From a virus (lineage: Duplodnaviria; Caudoviricetes), in the IMG/VR virus record IMGVR_UViG_2597489997_000001, positions 1 to 64,000 of that record: a stretch of 64,000 nt of DNA; one strand, written 5' to 3'. Of the stretch, positions 1 to 11,508 are shown in pieces. The translations under genes were made by a program, and so were the position numbers. The notes beneath the pieces were generated by a model. That model was given only the letters and a program-made list of their open reading frames with translations. It was not told the origin of the DNA and did not search any database. Position 1 is the stretch's first letter. The number at the start of each line of letters is the position of its first letter.

Positions 1-903
1 TTAACCCATGTACTTCGGATTAGCGATTGAACGCGCATCTTTGTTCATGATGTCAATCAGACCGTTATTCTGAATACCCTGGAGAGTAGCAGTCGGTTGT
101 TTGAAGCCAGCAGGTGCAGCACGACCACCTGGGTTATGCAGAGGCATACGCTTCATTACAGCACGAGCGATCTCTTTAGCTGCCATGGTATCGAACTCCA
201 TCAGGCCAGTGAATTCAGTATTGATTTCACGTACAGCACCGGAGGCGTTGTCAACATCGAAGCCGAACTCATAGTTCGCACCTTCTTTAGGCATCTGAGC
301 CAGAACGATACAAGCATGACGAACGTCCTGCCAGTTACGCGTTGGTTCAAAGTACACAGACGACATGGAGATTTCATCCAGCAGTAAGTCACCACCATAG
401 TTCAGTGTGATGATTTTCGGGTGGCGAATCACTGGGTCGTTCAGCAGGTAGCTGATCCAGGTATCCATCAGTTTGGAGAAGGATTCACCTTCTGGATCCA
501 GAGCCATGTGGCTAATGGTACCGAACTGACGGGTTGAACCAACAGGGAAGCTCAGGGTAGAACCACCTGCCCAGGTAATGTCATGGTAGTCGACCGATGT
601 ACGGACGGACAGACCCTGCCAGTTACGTGAACGAGTTTCCATGTAAGCACGCAGCAAGCCATGCAGTTCACGACCGCCTGGTAATGCCGAGAATGCCTGT
701 GGGGTTGACAGGTTCACACAGTAAGGACGCTGAGATACGTAAGGTTGTTCCTGAACATAACGGAAGTTGTTCGGAGCAAAGCCATACTCACCACCAAACG
801 CTGCGTTGATAACTGGGGTGTTACCAATATCAAACGCGCGTTTAAAGTCGGCGTTACCTGGCATCAGCGTCAGGTTATCGCGATGCGGATAGTTAGTACT
901 CAT
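1..903 (-). CDS. Tail tube protein (phiKZ gp30-like)
   Basis: 300 aa ORF directly downstream of the sheath gene; size and order match phiKZ-like tail modules (synteny inference). Confidence 0.7.
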   Translation of the reverse strand: MSTNYPHRDNLTLMPGNADFKRAFDIGNTPVINAAFGGEYGFAPNNFRYVQEQPYVSQRPYCVNLSTPQAFSALPGGRELHGLLRAYMETRSRNWQGLSVRTSVDYHDITWAGGSTLSFPVGSTRQFGTISHMALDPEGESFSKLMDTWISYLLNDPVIRHPKIITLNYGGDLLLDEISMSSVYFEPTRNWQDVRHACIVLAQMPKEGANYEFGFDVDNASGAVREINTEFTGLMEFDTMAAKEIARAVMKRMPLHNPGGRAAPAGFKQPTATLQGIQNNGLIDIMNKDARSIANPKYMG

Positions 904-915
904 TCTTTATCTTCC

Positions 916-3117
916 TTATTCTGCATTCAGGCTGTCTTCGTTGTACGCTTCCAGCACAGAGTTCAGCATGTAGATACCTTTGCCGAACCACAGACGTGTG
1001 ATAGAGTACATGACAGACTTGGAAGTTGGAGAGTCTTCGCGGAACGAAGGCACGACTTCCCAGTTGGAGATTACAGAACCGAACAGATCACGAATACGTT
1101 TTTCAGCGCCGTCTTTAACGAAGGACAGATATCCTTCTTTACCGAGCTGGGTATCGCCAGAGACCTGAATCCAGATATCCTGGAGGATCTTCTCAACGAC
1201 AACACACTTCCAAACGTTAGTCAGGTCTTTCAGCACACTGTTGATGTTACCATATACAGTAGGCAGCGCCGGACGGCAGAACTGAGATTCAGTGATTGGA
1301 GTTACAGTGATGCAACCCTGGATCAGGTTGTTGGCAGCCGGGTCATCAGCTTCGAACTCAACGAATGGATCGTGAGCGATACGGAGGATACGGTTACCTT
1401 CATGGTCAGGCATGTCAGCCGCATAAATACGACCATCAGCACCACCACCTGCTACTGCGAATGCATACATGTTCTCGATGTTCAGAGAGAAACGACCCCA
1501 GGTAGGTTCGTTGATGTAACGAGCGTCCCAAAGGTTGATAGATGCACGACACGCTTCAGACTTGTATACTTCAGATTCAGGAATCATGACGATACGAGTG
1601 TTCAGCATGGTAGCTGTGGAATACAGTTCGTCCTGAGTTTTCTTACGGAGGTACTCAGTTGCACAAGGTACGACAATAATGTCTTTACGCTTGGACAGGA
1701 ACTGGATCATGATGTCTTTGATCTTCTGATTGTAACCAACGTCCCACATGAAAGAAGAACGGTTACGGATAACGTCTTTAACATCCAGTGAAGTGATGTA
1801 AGTCGTCAGGTAAGCCTCAATCAGCATCTGGTTCATTTCCCAGGCTTGCTTGTGGCTGATTACCAGATCAGGATCGGATACGTCTGCAACCCATGGACCA
1901 TCAATAGCTGGCAGCCAGGTAGTCGGAGCTTCTGGGAACTTACCATCTTTATCAGCGAACGGGTTGATGCCGCCGTTAGATTGCAGATAGTGGTTCATAG
2001 AGAAACGAGAACCGGTTACTTTACCAGCTTGGTCAAAGTTACCACCGAAGACGATGTGTTTGTATGGTTTGCCGTTATGGTTGACCAGATCAAACATGTT
2101 CATGATAGCGTGCTTAGGCAGACGCTTGCTCAGAACGTTCGGAGGTTGGTTAGTTGGATCGTCAGTACCGTATTCAGCAGCGTACAGTTCCTTAGCAACA
2201 TCGCTCAGGTTCTGGGTGTACATGAACACGTCGTCAAACGGTGCATCCTGAACTTCTACAGGACGGTTTACGTTATTACCAGTATACTGGTCGACAGCAA
2301 CCTTCAGGCCGTAACGAGTGTTGAATTCGTTAACAGTGTCGAACATAGTAAAGGTAGTATCCGGGGTACCGTTGATGGTATTAGCCGGAACACGTAAGCC
2401 ATTATCCAGCAGAACACCCATATTAAGGATGAATGGATAAGAACCGTTGGTCTGAACGAAACGAGCTACTTCGTTCCAGTCGGTCTGGAAGTTATGACCG
2501 ATAGAAATCCAGTTAGCGTTGTAAGTGTCACCAATACCACCGATTACTTCGGCCAGCGGATAGAACTTACCGTTAGTCCCTGTAGGGATGCCTGGAGTTT
2601 CATCGGTAGAGGTAACTTCGAATGCTTTCGCTTCGCCAACTTCGCCTTCAGATTTAAGAACGCCCGTGCAGACCCACTTACCAGCGATGGTCGCAGTGGT
2701 TTCATCTACCTTAGGGTTACCAGCAGCATCCAGAACGTAATCGCCGTTACCATCGCGAAGATAGTTAGGGATATCACCGGAGAAAATGGCCAGACCAATA
2801 ATAGTACGAGATTTCGCAGTATTGTTAGTCAGACGCTTGAAGCTGAATGAGGCTTGACCAGCCTGGCCCAGTTTCTGGATCGCGTACGTGACCGGGTTGT
2901 AATAAAGACCGAACGGGTCTGTCGTGTCACCAAACTTTGAAGTAAAGGTGCCAGTCGAAACCGTAGCTCGCTTGGTAGACCCACGAGGGGTTACTGCTGC
3001 GAAGTCCGGAAAGTGAGCAGGAGAGGAGATAACTGGGACCGCAGCCGGGAATGTCTCACGACTTACAATACCTTCATTAACTACTTTACCTGGAATCACT
3101 TTGTTAAAAGTTTCCAT
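916..3117 (-). CDS. Contractile tail sheath protein (phiKZ gp29-like)
   Basis: 733 aa; N-terminal FAAVTPRG..F..KFG and C-terminal WDVGY..K..M..FL..RKD segments typical of sheath proteins; divergent from virion genes. Confidence 0.85.
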   Translation of the reverse strand: METFNKVIPGKVVNEGIVSRETFPAAVPVISSPAHFPDFAAVTPRGSTKRATVSTGTFTSKFGDTTDPFGLYYNPVTYAIQKLGQAGQASFSFKRLTNNTAKSRTIIGLAIFSGDIPNYLRDGNGDYVLDAAGNPKVDETTATIAGKWVCTGVLKSEGEVGEAKAFEVTSTDETPGIPTGTNGKFYPLAEVIGGIGDTYNANWISIGHNFQTDWNEVARFVQTNGSYPFILNMGVLLDNGLRVPANTINGTPDTTFTMFDTVNEFNTRYGLKVAVDQYTGNNVNRPVEVQDAPFDDVFMYTQNLSDVAKELYAAEYGTDDPTNQPPNVLSKRLPKHAIMNMFDLVNHNGKPYKHIVFGGNFDQAGKVTGSRFSMNHYLQSNGGINPFADKDGKFPEAPTTWLPAIDGPWVADVSDPDLVISHKQAWEMNQMLIEAYLTTYITSLDVKDVIRNRSSFMWDVGYNQKIKDIMIQFLSKRKDIIVVPCATEYLRKKTQDELYSTATMLNTRIVMIPESEVYKSEACRASINLWDARYINEPTWGRFSLNIENMYAFAVAGGGADGRIYAADMPDHEGNRILRIAHDPFVEFEADDPAANNLIQGCITVTPITESQFCRPALPTVYGNINSVLKDLTNVWKCVVVEKILQDIWIQVSGDTQLGKEGYLSFVKDGAEKRIRDLFGSVISNWEVVPSFREDSPTSKSVMYSITRLWFGKGIYMLNSVLEAYNEDSLNAE

Positions 3118-3223
3118 AGTAAAACCTCATTAATTTTTTTGATCAAAAAAATCAATCGTATGACCCAAAATTCGGGCAGATGGTTAACGTTAACACGCAT
3201 AACATTATTTCAGGACTACAGTT

Positions 3224-4099
3224 ATGATTATAAATGGTTACGACACCACAGTAGGTAGTCGATTTAAAGTAAAGGATAAGGTTTCTGAAACTCTAAAGAT
3301 CTTACAAAGCACTGATAGACTTGACAAAGTTGACAATCGCGGTGTCTTTGCAATCGATCAAAAGAATGACTTCGGTCTTCCTCCTTTTGTATTCCCAATT
3401 TCAGTTTTCAACTATGTTCGGGAACCAATCACAATCATTGACCAACGTACCTACTTTAATAGTCAGGGCCGTAATATCAATGTTCCAGAATACAACGTTA
3501 TGCTTCTTGCTGCTACTTTGCAACAGGACTTACAACGTGGTAATTTGAACCTGGTTAAATCAGTGCGCCCATACACTATCAAAGCATTCGCAAATGCGGT
3601 TGGTAATGCTATTGCTCGTGCGGTTACACTGGACATTCTTCAGAAGATCCAACTGCGCGTTATTCTGGCTCACTATTTCGTTTGCCTGGCTGAGAATCCT
3701 AACGTGGATTACATGTTCATTTCTCAGAACGCGGTTTCCCGTGCCCTCGGTTTACAACAATCACAAGTCCAGGAAGTTATCCAGGACCTGGGTTATTTGG
3801 GTTCATTGGATGATCTCCTGAAAGCTATCAAATCTCATCCTTCCCTGTTTGCTCTGAGTCGCCTTGATATGGGTGGTTTGGTTGCAGCCGGTTCTTCTGT
3901 GTTCTTCTCCACATCTGGCTTTAAGATGTTGATGGGTGCTGCGCTGGAAATGCCAACACTGTTCACCGCTATCTGCTGGGGTGCTGCTACTCAGAAAATC
4001 TATCAGAACACTGCGGTTGGTCAAGAACTGAACGTGAAGACTGATAAGAAGGTAGAAAACTTTATCGCTACTGTTGAGTACTACTTTAACGGTAAATAA
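3224..4099 (+). CDS. Virion structural protein (phiKZ gp28-like)
   Basis: 291 aa ORF with AGGA SD; synteny between sheath and terminase. Confidence 0.55.
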   Translation: MIINGYDTTVGSRFKVKDKVSETLKILQSTDRLDKVDNRGVFAIDQKNDFGLPPFVFPISVFNYVREPITIIDQRTYFNSQGRNINVPEYNVMLLAATLQQDLQRGNLNLVKSVRPYTIKAFANAVGNAIARAVTLDILQKIQLRVILAHYFVCLAENPNVDYMFISQNAVSRALGLQQSQVQEVIQDLGYLGSLDDLLKAIKSHPSLFALSRLDMGGLVAAGSSVFFSTSGFKMLMGAALEMPTLFTAICWGAATQKIYQNTAVGQELNVKTDKKVENFIATVEYYFNGK

Positions 4100-4123
4100 G
4101 TTCAATCATCTTGGGGTAGACGA

Positions 4124-6934
4124 ATGTCGACTGCATACATGCTTGAGCACACCCAAGAAAAAGCCCCACTTGTTGATTACGCAATTAAAAACATGTGGGG
4201 TAACCCTGAACTTGATTCACAGTTCCAGATTAAACTGGCGCGTGTATCTGGGCCCCAAGGTTTTGTAAACGACTTCGCATACTTAGGTAAGCAGAGATAC
4301 CTGCCTAAGACTTTAACCTTTTTTCATGTCTTCACTTTAGGTGGACTTGATGCTGGTTTCTGGAATTTCGGTAGTCGTGGCAAAAGCTGGTACCCGATGG
4401 ATCAGTGGGTTCGTGCTTCTAACATTGCCACAGATCGTGGCGTTGTAATTGATGTATATAAAGGTGATGGTTCGATGTTCCCTCGTGGTGAGACATATAT
4501 CATGCCTTGCTTCGATGGTGTCACATTAGTCTGTGTTCCTATTAACCCGAACTTCCCGTTACCATTGGATAAGAACCTTTATATCCACTGTTACAGTTCG
4601 GACATTAATACGAAGAACCTGTCTCCAGAAAACAAACGTAAATATACGGTTGCTTATTCTGGCGGTATCTATATCCAACATGAGGATATGGAAAGAGTTA
4701 AGTTAAACTATGACTCTTGGAAAGCCTATGACATGGGAATGGTTGCTTTCTTCCATAACGGTAAGATCGTACCTATCGACTCCATAAGCCTACAGCCGGG
4801 TGATTTGATTGAGGCGTTTTACGACCCTTCCATCGAAATGATCCTGAAGTACAAATACAAATCGATGCCGGACTATTTGTCTGATCTCGATAAGAAAAGA
4901 AAAATCATTCTTTTCCCTGGTTTTGATGATTTACCGAAGATGTATCGTTATTATGACGATTGCCACTTCTATATTACTAACCGTCGGAACAATCATTCTT
5001 ATTACTATCACCGTAATACGGAAGACTCAGTTAGACAGTTAACTCATCAAGACTATGGCATGACTGCCGACTACATTGAGTTCTTGGCTAATCGTCTTAT
5101 TAAGGATGACACAACCAAGAAAACCACAATGGATGATATTGATATCACTGTGGCTTACCATGCGACTCGTTGGCAGTTTAAATTGGGACCAACCTCTTCT
5201 CGCATTAACGATCTGTATTTGTTAGAAGATCATAGCAAGATACTTCAGGCGATGACAGGTTCTAATTCCAATATCACGGAATGGACTGCGATTGAATTAG
5301 AGAAGTCTCCAACTAACAAAGTTCTGAATGCCATCTGTCCTAAGCTGACCACTGAGATGGTTCGTGATGGGTTGGGTTATAATGGGTGTTCTGTTGCGAT
5401 GTCTAACAACGCACACTACATGCCTTGGAAAACTCCAGGGGATCCTGACCATGACCCTATCTATCCAACACCTCCTTATACCTCAGGGCTAGGGTACACC
5501 GTCCCTCCGACGTTTGTAGAGAGTTCTACTGCATACGAGTATGATGCTGATGGATTACTCCTGAGACTGGTTGGAATTACCAACCAAGAGTATTACGCCC
5601 CGGGTGAAGGTTGTACTTATGTGGAATACGCTTTAGGGCGAGCAACCACTTGGCTGGACTACATCATCACCAAGCGTGATGTCAAACTGAAACCTAACTA
5701 TGGCTTCAGAGTCTATAAAGCTAAATGGGCTATCGATCCTAATTGGGAACCTCTCTTCCAGGAAATCCCTGTTAGTACTGATGGTGTTATCCCAAGCCTT
5801 CCTAACGGCGAGGAGATCAGAGCGCTGATGCGTGATGAAATCCCTGAGCAAGTTGATCCTGAATTACCAGAAGGTGGACGCCCAGTCCCTCCATGGATTG
5901 ATATCACTGATGAAGTAGATCAGTGGCACATCGATGGTGACTACCTGGTATGGGATATTGACATGATCAACTGGGTTGGTTTAATTGTGTTTGACTCTGC
6001 TCATTTGTATAATGAGTTTGATCTCTCTCACATCGATAACTCTTTGACCTTTGCCATTACACACCAATGGCCAATCGGTGGTGTACTGCTTCCGATGGAA
6101 CCAGGTCAGATTGATATCTGGATGAACCGACATCCTCTAATTGAGAACGTTGACTATATCTTAGATTTCCCCAATGTCTACATCATCAACAAGATGTGGT
6201 TGGTAGAAGGGAAACAGCATATCCAGTATCGTGGTGTAGGGCTCTCCCGTAATGGGTTGGTTAATACCAGTGAGCTTGGTTTTGTTGCAGATGGTGTTAT
6301 CGGCTATAATGGTCGTTATAACCTCCGCATCGACAGACCAACTAAAACGATTATCAAAGGTCGTCTGTTCTTAACACCGACTGTTGACTGGGCTGAAGAT
6401 ATTCATCATGGTAATAACCTGGTTGGGTTAAATGGTTGGCCTTACGAGGTTAAGCATTATTACTCAGCTAACAAGTATGTAGACAAATGGAATACGTACT
6501 GGGGTTATGATGATGCACGGGCTCTCGATAAGAAGATCTCTGATTACTTAACCATTCATGCAACCTACAAGTCTAATGCTCCTCACAATCCGGTTTATCT
6601 GGATAAAGATAAGTACAGACTTTATAGTCCGTTCCTGAGTCTCATCGTGAACGAGCTATTACTTGGATTCATGACGGCTCCAGTTCCTTCTGGAACAGAG
6701 GTTCCGTATCCTCCAAGACTGGTTGATGAAATCACTCGCCCTTATCAATGGTTGTTGAAATACGATCCGATCATTCTTGGTCTGGACTTGGGATACTTCA
6801 CAGTACACCCTTACAACAACTGGGATAAAGTCACATTAACACCCGACCAACTTACTTTCGTTAAAACCGTCAATGATTTGTTCCTAGATGGGAAACTTAA
6901 GATTGAAGGTCACTTTGAGGTGAAACATGTTTGA
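4124..6934 (+). CDS. Large virion/baseplate structural protein (phiKZ gp27-like)
   Basis: 936 aa ORF; synteny. Confidence 0.6.
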   Translation: MSTAYMLEHTQEKAPLVDYAIKNMWGNPELDSQFQIKLARVSGPQGFVNDFAYLGKQRYLPKTLTFFHVFTLGGLDAGFWNFGSRGKSWYPMDQWVRASNIATDRGVVIDVYKGDGSMFPRGETYIMPCFDGVTLVCVPINPNFPLPLDKNLYIHCYSSDINTKNLSPENKRKYTVAYSGGIYIQHEDMERVKLNYDSWKAYDMGMVAFFHNGKIVPIDSISLQPGDLIEAFYDPSIEMILKYKYKSMPDYLSDLDKKRKIILFPGFDDLPKMYRYYDDCHFYITNRRNNHSYYYHRNTEDSVRQLTHQDYGMTADYIEFLANRLIKDDTTKKTTMDDIDITVAYHATRWQFKLGPTSSRINDLYLLEDHSKILQAMTGSNSNITEWTAIELEKSPTNKVLNAICPKLTTEMVRDGLGYNGCSVAMSNNAHYMPWKTPGDPDHDPIYPTPPYTSGLGYTVPPTFVESSTAYEYDADGLLLRLVGITNQEYYAPGEGCTYVEYALGRATTWLDYIITKRDVKLKPNYGFRVYKAKWAIDPNWEPLFQEIPVSTDGVIPSLPNGEEIRALMRDEIPEQVDPELPEGGRPVPPWIDITDEVDQWHIDGDYLVWDIDMINWVGLIVFDSAHLYNEFDLSHIDNSLTFAITHQWPIGGVLLPMEPGQIDIWMNRHPLIENVDYILDFPNVYIINKMWLVEGKQHIQYRGVGLSRNGLVNTSELGFVADGVIGYNGRYNLRIDRPTKTIIKGRLFLTPTVDWAEDIHHGNNLVGLNGWPYEVKHYYSANKYVDKWNTYWGYDDARALDKKISDYLTIHATYKSNAPHNPVYLDKDKYRLYSPFLSLIVNELLLGFMTAPVPSGTEVPYPPRLVDEITRPYQWLLKYDPIILGLDLGYFTVHPYNNWDKVTLTPDQLTFVKTVNDLFLDGKLKIEGHFEVKHV

Positions 6935-8666
6935 TACTAAACCAATCCCTCCTGGTTCGGGTTCCCCTATTGTTCCGGGGAATACGCCTCAACGTCCCAA
7001 TGAAGGTGACTTGAAGCGAGTATGGTATTTGGATCAGATCTTTGATCCAGACATCCACCCAGTCCAGGATATGCCTAAGTACATTGTTCCTTATGAAGGG
7101 GAACTTGTACACGACGTACCTAATAAACGTATGCTTGAAGTTAAGCACGTTGATAAGTACGCGACATGGAAAACAACGTTTGCTAACTACTTCCTGTTAC
7201 CAGAGAAGTCAGATAGCGACTACGATCTGTTTCCACAGCACGAGTACGGATTCCTGCAAGGTGAGTTGGCCCTGGCCATCGATTACTCTGTACGTCCTCC
7301 AGTTGCTCGTGTTGACGCTAACGCTGTAGCGCCTGATGCTGCTTATGCGTTACTGTATAAAGGTGCGATCATCAGTGAGAAAGGTCAGATCATTTCTGCC
7401 TCTTACTCTGGTCAAGACTTTATCGACAACAAGATTACTGTCTCTCCAGTTGTCATTGATAACTTGGAAAACAAAGTCATTGTTGGATGTAACTCATTTA
7501 GCGTCCAGCTAAACAAGGAAGAGTTAAAGAACGGTACTCGTTGCACTCTGGTTTACTATGATGCAGCAGGTCGTCCTATTCCTCCTACCTATCCGGTAGT
7601 TGTTCAGCAGTGCGCATATCTGCGTGACCATCAGTTATCGAAACGTTATGTTAAGTCTATTGAACTGGTATCACCTTGGTTCACTAATAGCACTAAACCT
7701 AACACTCTGTTCGTCCCAATCAACTTACCGTTGAAACAAGTCGAGTTCAGAGCACGTGTTCACTATAACGATGGGGGTGTTGAAGAACATCCTGTTAACT
7801 CGTTTAACGGAACAAGTGGTTTCTCCCTGCATGGTGTTGATCAATACAAACCGACTACACCAGGTCAGATATCTGATGCAGTCGTATTGACCTACGTGTT
7901 CAAGGAACATGAACAAGCTCTGATTGCCGATCCTGGTCAGCCACGCCATAAGTCCGAAGTATATGAGATTGTCGCTACTCCTTCTAAAGGTGCGTACAGT
8001 CCTCGTATCTACACTTATCCGTATTGGGATGGTGCATCCGGTTGGAAACTTAAACACTTCCTTACCGACCTGGAACGTAAGTACTGTCGTGACGTTACCG
8101 ATCTGGTAACACTGAATGAAGCATCTCCAGTGTTCGAAGGTCTGAAGTACGGTGAAGAACAGCCATTGATCTTCAACCTGAACATGCGTGATGTTTCCGC
8201 TACTTACGAACCATGGGCATTCGTCCAACACACTACCGTTACGCTTTACAACGGTGCGACCTCTGTTGGTCGTAAGTGGGATGTCCGTCACTCTTACAGT
8301 CGTCCTCCGTTCAATAACATGAACCTCGAGTTCTGGACTGAAGTAGGTGGCGTTACTAAGTCTCGCTTCGGTGATGTTACGGATGAAGCAAGCTTCCTGG
8401 ACAAAGGTTATTGGGCATTCGAACCAATGCTGGATCCTCGTGCAGAAGTTAAAGCTCCGGCTGCTACTCACTTCGACATCGTCCGTGTTGATGGCACAGC
8501 TCGTACCGCAATCCCTATCGGGGAATGGGGTAACTTGCCAATCGGAAACATGGCACTGAACAACGGTGAAGGTATCTACATCCGTTGGACTCGTCGTGAT
8601 GCAACTGGTGCTGAACTTCAGCTGGGCGTATCCGCAGCAGTTTGTAAAAAGATCACTGCACCATAA
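6927..8666 (+). CDS. Virion structural protein (phiKZ gp26-like)
   Basis: 579 aa, overlaps upstream stop, GAGG SD; synteny. Confidence 0.6.
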   Translation: MFDTKPIPPGSGSPIVPGNTPQRPNEGDLKRVWYLDQIFDPDIHPVQDMPKYIVPYEGELVHDVPNKRMLEVKHVDKYATWKTTFANYFLLPEKSDSDYDLFPQHEYGFLQGELALAIDYSVRPPVARVDANAVAPDAAYALLYKGAIISEKGQIISASYSGQDFIDNKITVSPVVIDNLENKVIVGCNSFSVQLNKEELKNGTRCTLVYYDAAGRPIPPTYPVVVQQCAYLRDHQLSKRYVKSIELVSPWFTNSTKPNTLFVPINLPLKQVEFRARVHYNDGGVEEHPVNSFNGTSGFSLHGVDQYKPTTPGQISDAVVLTYVFKEHEQALIADPGQPRHKSEVYEIVATPSKGAYSPRIYTYPYWDGASGWKLKHFLTDLERKYCRDVTDLVTLNEASPVFEGLKYGEEQPLIFNLNMRDVSATYEPWAFVQHTTVTLYNGATSVGRKWDVRHSYSRPPFNNMNLEFWTEVGGVTKSRFGDVTDEASFLDKGYWAFEPMLDPRAEVKAPAATHFDIVRVDGTARTAIPIGEWGNLPIGNMALNNGEGIYIRWTRRDATGAELQLGVSAAVCKKITAP

Positions 8667-8675
8667 GTCATATAA

Positions 8676-8705
8676 CCCTCTACTCTCCTTTCGGAGAGTA
8701 GAGGG
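8676..8705. terminator. Bidirectional intrinsic terminator hairpin
   Basis: CCCTCTACTCTCC-TTTC-GGAGAGTAGAGGG between convergent genes. Confidence 0.8.
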
Positions 8706-8722
8706 AATTATGATCTTTATTT

Positions 8723-11065
8723 TTATATCATGAATGGCGAACGACGATTCATACCAAAACGAGAACCTTTAGAACGTTTCTCAATTGCTCGTTTATTACG
8801 CTCTTGTTTGGCATTATCAATGATCTCATCGATAGTGATAGTTTTACGCATCTCTTTAGGAATCAATTCCGAAAGTTTACGTATCTCCATTTCAATACGG
8901 GTAGCGAGTGTATTATTATCGGAGGTCATCAATTCCTTCGTCAGATCGTTTATACGCCCACGTATCTTGATGAACATATCCAACTGTGCTTTGTTATACT
9001 TAGGAGCGTCACCGGTGTCCTTAAGCGTCGTAATCTCAGTTAACGTCATTCCCTGAGGAACGTCGTAGAGATGTTTATTGTATCCGAGCTTAATGAACCA
9101 GAAAGTCAGTAACCAAGCAATAACCAAGTCATCGTGTCCGCCTGACTTGTGGTCTATACGCCCATCCTTATCAATCTCCAAACCAATCAGTTCGTCAATC
9201 AATAACTTATATCGAATACCGGCACCAGTAAGCGAGATAGCTTCATGAATAAAGCCATACATCTGTCTACGTGATTCAGGTCCAGTGTGGAATCCAAACT
9301 TACCTTTATAGCGGAGGTAGAATTCCTTACTGCGATACTTAGCGTTCATCTCCATGACTTCTTTGAATTCCCGTTCATAACGAATAGGTTTATCATAGAT
9401 GTCATTAAAGATACGCTTGAATGGATCAATCCCATAAGCTGGCAACATGATCAACAAACGCTCGATCATGTGGGCTGCCCTGTTACGCTCAATGATGAGT
9501 AAGCTATTCGGTATGCGGAGTATCAATTCCTTAAGAACTTCCGTCACGTCATCCATAAAGGCTAGAGGATAACGGCCTGTTGCTATATTCTCACCTGTCC
9601 TCATTCGCCTGAGCACTAATGTCACGGCATCTCGGTTGTTCGCATCCGAGGTATCCATGCCCATCAGTATATATTCATCAGGGTGACCGATTAGAGACTC
9701 AGCCATTTCCTTGCTAATGAACCAGTCAACAAAAAGACCAGTTTCATTAATCTCTTCGCTGTGATCAAACTCCTTCTTACTATCAGCCAGTTTCTCACGG
9801 GTGAAGTCATCGAAGAGTTTGTTCATCCCCTCTTCAGTCCACATCATCAGTAAGTCAATCTTAGCCTTAGACCAAGACAGACCAAGTTTATCCATTGTCT
9901 CCTTAACCCAGGCATGACCGAAGCCGAGTTGGAGGTGGGTAAACATCATACCGATCTTTGGAGATGTGGTAGAGACAGGGGCTGCTTTAATACAACGTTG
10001 TACAAGGTGAGTTTCAGAGAAGCTATCAAAGAACGCTTCACGCCACTCAGTAGATGACATGAAGTCATCATGCATGTACTTACCTTCATCCTTGAGGATG
10101 GAGTTAGGTGTTGTAGCTTTAGCGGTAAAGTAAGGGATGCCTTTCTCACGCGCTTCTTTCTGAGCCGTCAGTGTAGCAGGGCCAGAACCGTTTATAATAC
10201 CTTCAATGTATTTAGTCCATGCTGGTTCGTCATAGAGCAATACTTCAAAGGTAGAACCACGAGATACGTTCTCTGCGCCATCTTCACCACCAGAAGGTAC
10301 ACGTACTTCAAAGGTGTTCTTCTTATCGGGACCATAAGCCTCATAAGTAAGAATGTTACCAGCATCCTTATCTTTATAAGTCATGTTGGTGAGATAAGCT
10401 GGCATAGCCGAGCGCATCTTCTTAACTGCTTCAACGAACTGCATTCGGTTCGATGCTGCAAGTGTAATCAGACCGGAACGGAAACCACGACCCATCAGGT
10501 ATTGCATTACTGTAACGAGTACCTGCATCCCAACTGTCTTACCAGACTGACGAGGCATCAGGATAGTTGTGTTGAGGTGATTCAGGCATGACCAGATGAA
10601 AGAGATTACAGCACGGTTAGCTCGGAAGCGTGAGGAACCGTTGACCTTAATAACTTCACGGATAACGTACCAGATGTTTTCATTACATTCGTTCAAGATC
10701 ATTGAACGTTGTACATCTGTTAAGTTCTCATCCCAAGGATCAAGATCTTTAATCAGCGGGTTGTTAATCTGTAATAAGAAGTAATAGTTCTTAATACCCA
10801 TCTGACGGAAAAGTTCAGCAGTACGCAAGAATGTCTTATTACTTGTCTCTAGATGGACACCGGCACGGTAGCGTTGGAAGTCCTTTAAGAAACGAACTGT
10901 TTTCAAAGTCCAGAGGGTATCTTCTTCATAGTGAGACTGAATTCGGACATCATCGTCTTCTAACTGATGTCTTTTGTTCTTGTCATCCATGAGGTACTCT
11001 GGAAGCTGTGAAGGTTTAAGTCCTAGGTGTGATAGGACCTTCTTAGCAATGTCCAATTGACTCAT
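8723..11065 (-). CDS. terL: Terminase large subunit
   Basis: Walker A MPRQSGKT, Walker B LLYDE, nuclease GMDTS and HDDLVIAW motifs; start moved to MSQLD at 11065. Confidence 0.9.
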   Translation of the reverse strand: MSQLDIAKKVLSHLGLKPSQLPEYLMDDKNKRHQLEDDDVRIQSHYEEDTLWTLKTVRFLKDFQRYRAGVHLETSNKTFLRTAELFRQMGIKNYYFLLQINNPLIKDLDPWDENLTDVQRSMILNECNENIWYVIREVIKVNGSSRFRANRAVISFIWSCLNHLNTTILMPRQSGKTVGMQVLVTVMQYLMGRGFRSGLITLAASNRMQFVEAVKKMRSAMPAYLTNMTYKDKDAGNILTYEAYGPDKKNTFEVRVPSGGEDGAENVSRGSTFEVLLYDEPAWTKYIEGIINGSGPATLTAQKEAREKGIPYFTAKATTPNSILKDEGKYMHDDFMSSTEWREAFFDSFSETHLVQRCIKAAPVSTTSPKIGMMFTHLQLGFGHAWVKETMDKLGLSWSKAKIDLLMMWTEEGMNKLFDDFTREKLADSKKEFDHSEEINETGLFVDWFISKEMAESLIGHPDEYILMGMDTSDANNRDAVTLVLRRMRTGENIATGRYPLAFMDDVTEVLKELILRIPNSLLIIERNRAAHMIERLLIMLPAYGIDPFKRIFNDIYDKPIRYEREFKEVMEMNAKYRSKEFYLRYKGKFGFHTGPESRRQMYGFIHEAISLTGAGIRYKLLIDELIGLEIDKDGRIDHKSGGHDDLVIAWLLTFWFIKLGYNKHLYDVPQGMTLTEITTLKDTGDAPKYNKAQLDMFIKIRGRINDLTKELMTSDNNTLATRIEMEIRKLSELIPKEMRKTITIDEIIDNAKQERNKRAIEKRSKGSRFGMNRRSPFMI

Positions 11066-11160
11066 AGGTAAATCTACCTTGTAATGTTGGTGAACGCTAC
11101 ATAGGGCTTTACAGGAAGCCTGATAGCTTAACAAAGGATGGGTTGTTTTAGCTGGAACAT

Positions 11161-11178
11161 ATTTCAGATAGATATTAC
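11161..11178 (+). promoter_or_regulatory. Putative phage early promoter
   Basis: ATTTCAGATAGATATTAC, member of the repeated motif resembling the phiKZ early TATATTAC element. Confidence 0.6.
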
Positions 11179-11220
11179 TAAAGTGTGTAACATAAACCTA
11201 TTCAATTAAAGGATACCATC

Positions 11221-11508
11221 ATGTCTACTTTCGAAACTAATGTAAACACCAATGACACTACCGTGGAGTGGGTGGTTGAGAGTAAAGGCGATTACCTTAA
11301 AGGTGATTGTGAAATCTCTGCTGTAATCAAGGGAACTCATGGGCATACGTCATGGGGGTGGCCAGATGATGAGAGTAAGATCATTGTGCTTAGTTGTAAC
11401 AATCAAAGATCCAAACCATTACCCATCGACCCTCGCATTATCGCTGCTGCCGAATCAGTGGCATTGGAAATTGTTAACGAAAAGAATGCTGAACAAAAAG
11501 TCAATTAA
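11221..11508 (+). CDS. Hypothetical protein
   Basis: 95 aa with AAGGA SD, own promoter and terminator. Confidence 0.7.
   Translation: MSTFETNVNTNDTTVEWVVESKGDYLKGDCEISAVIKGTHGHTSWGWPDDESKIIVLSCNNQRSKPLPIDPRIIAAAESVALEIVNEKNAEQKVN

Noticed and set aside
745-1791. 348-aa plus-strand ORF
   Set aside because: Antisense shadow of the codon-biased sheath and tube genes
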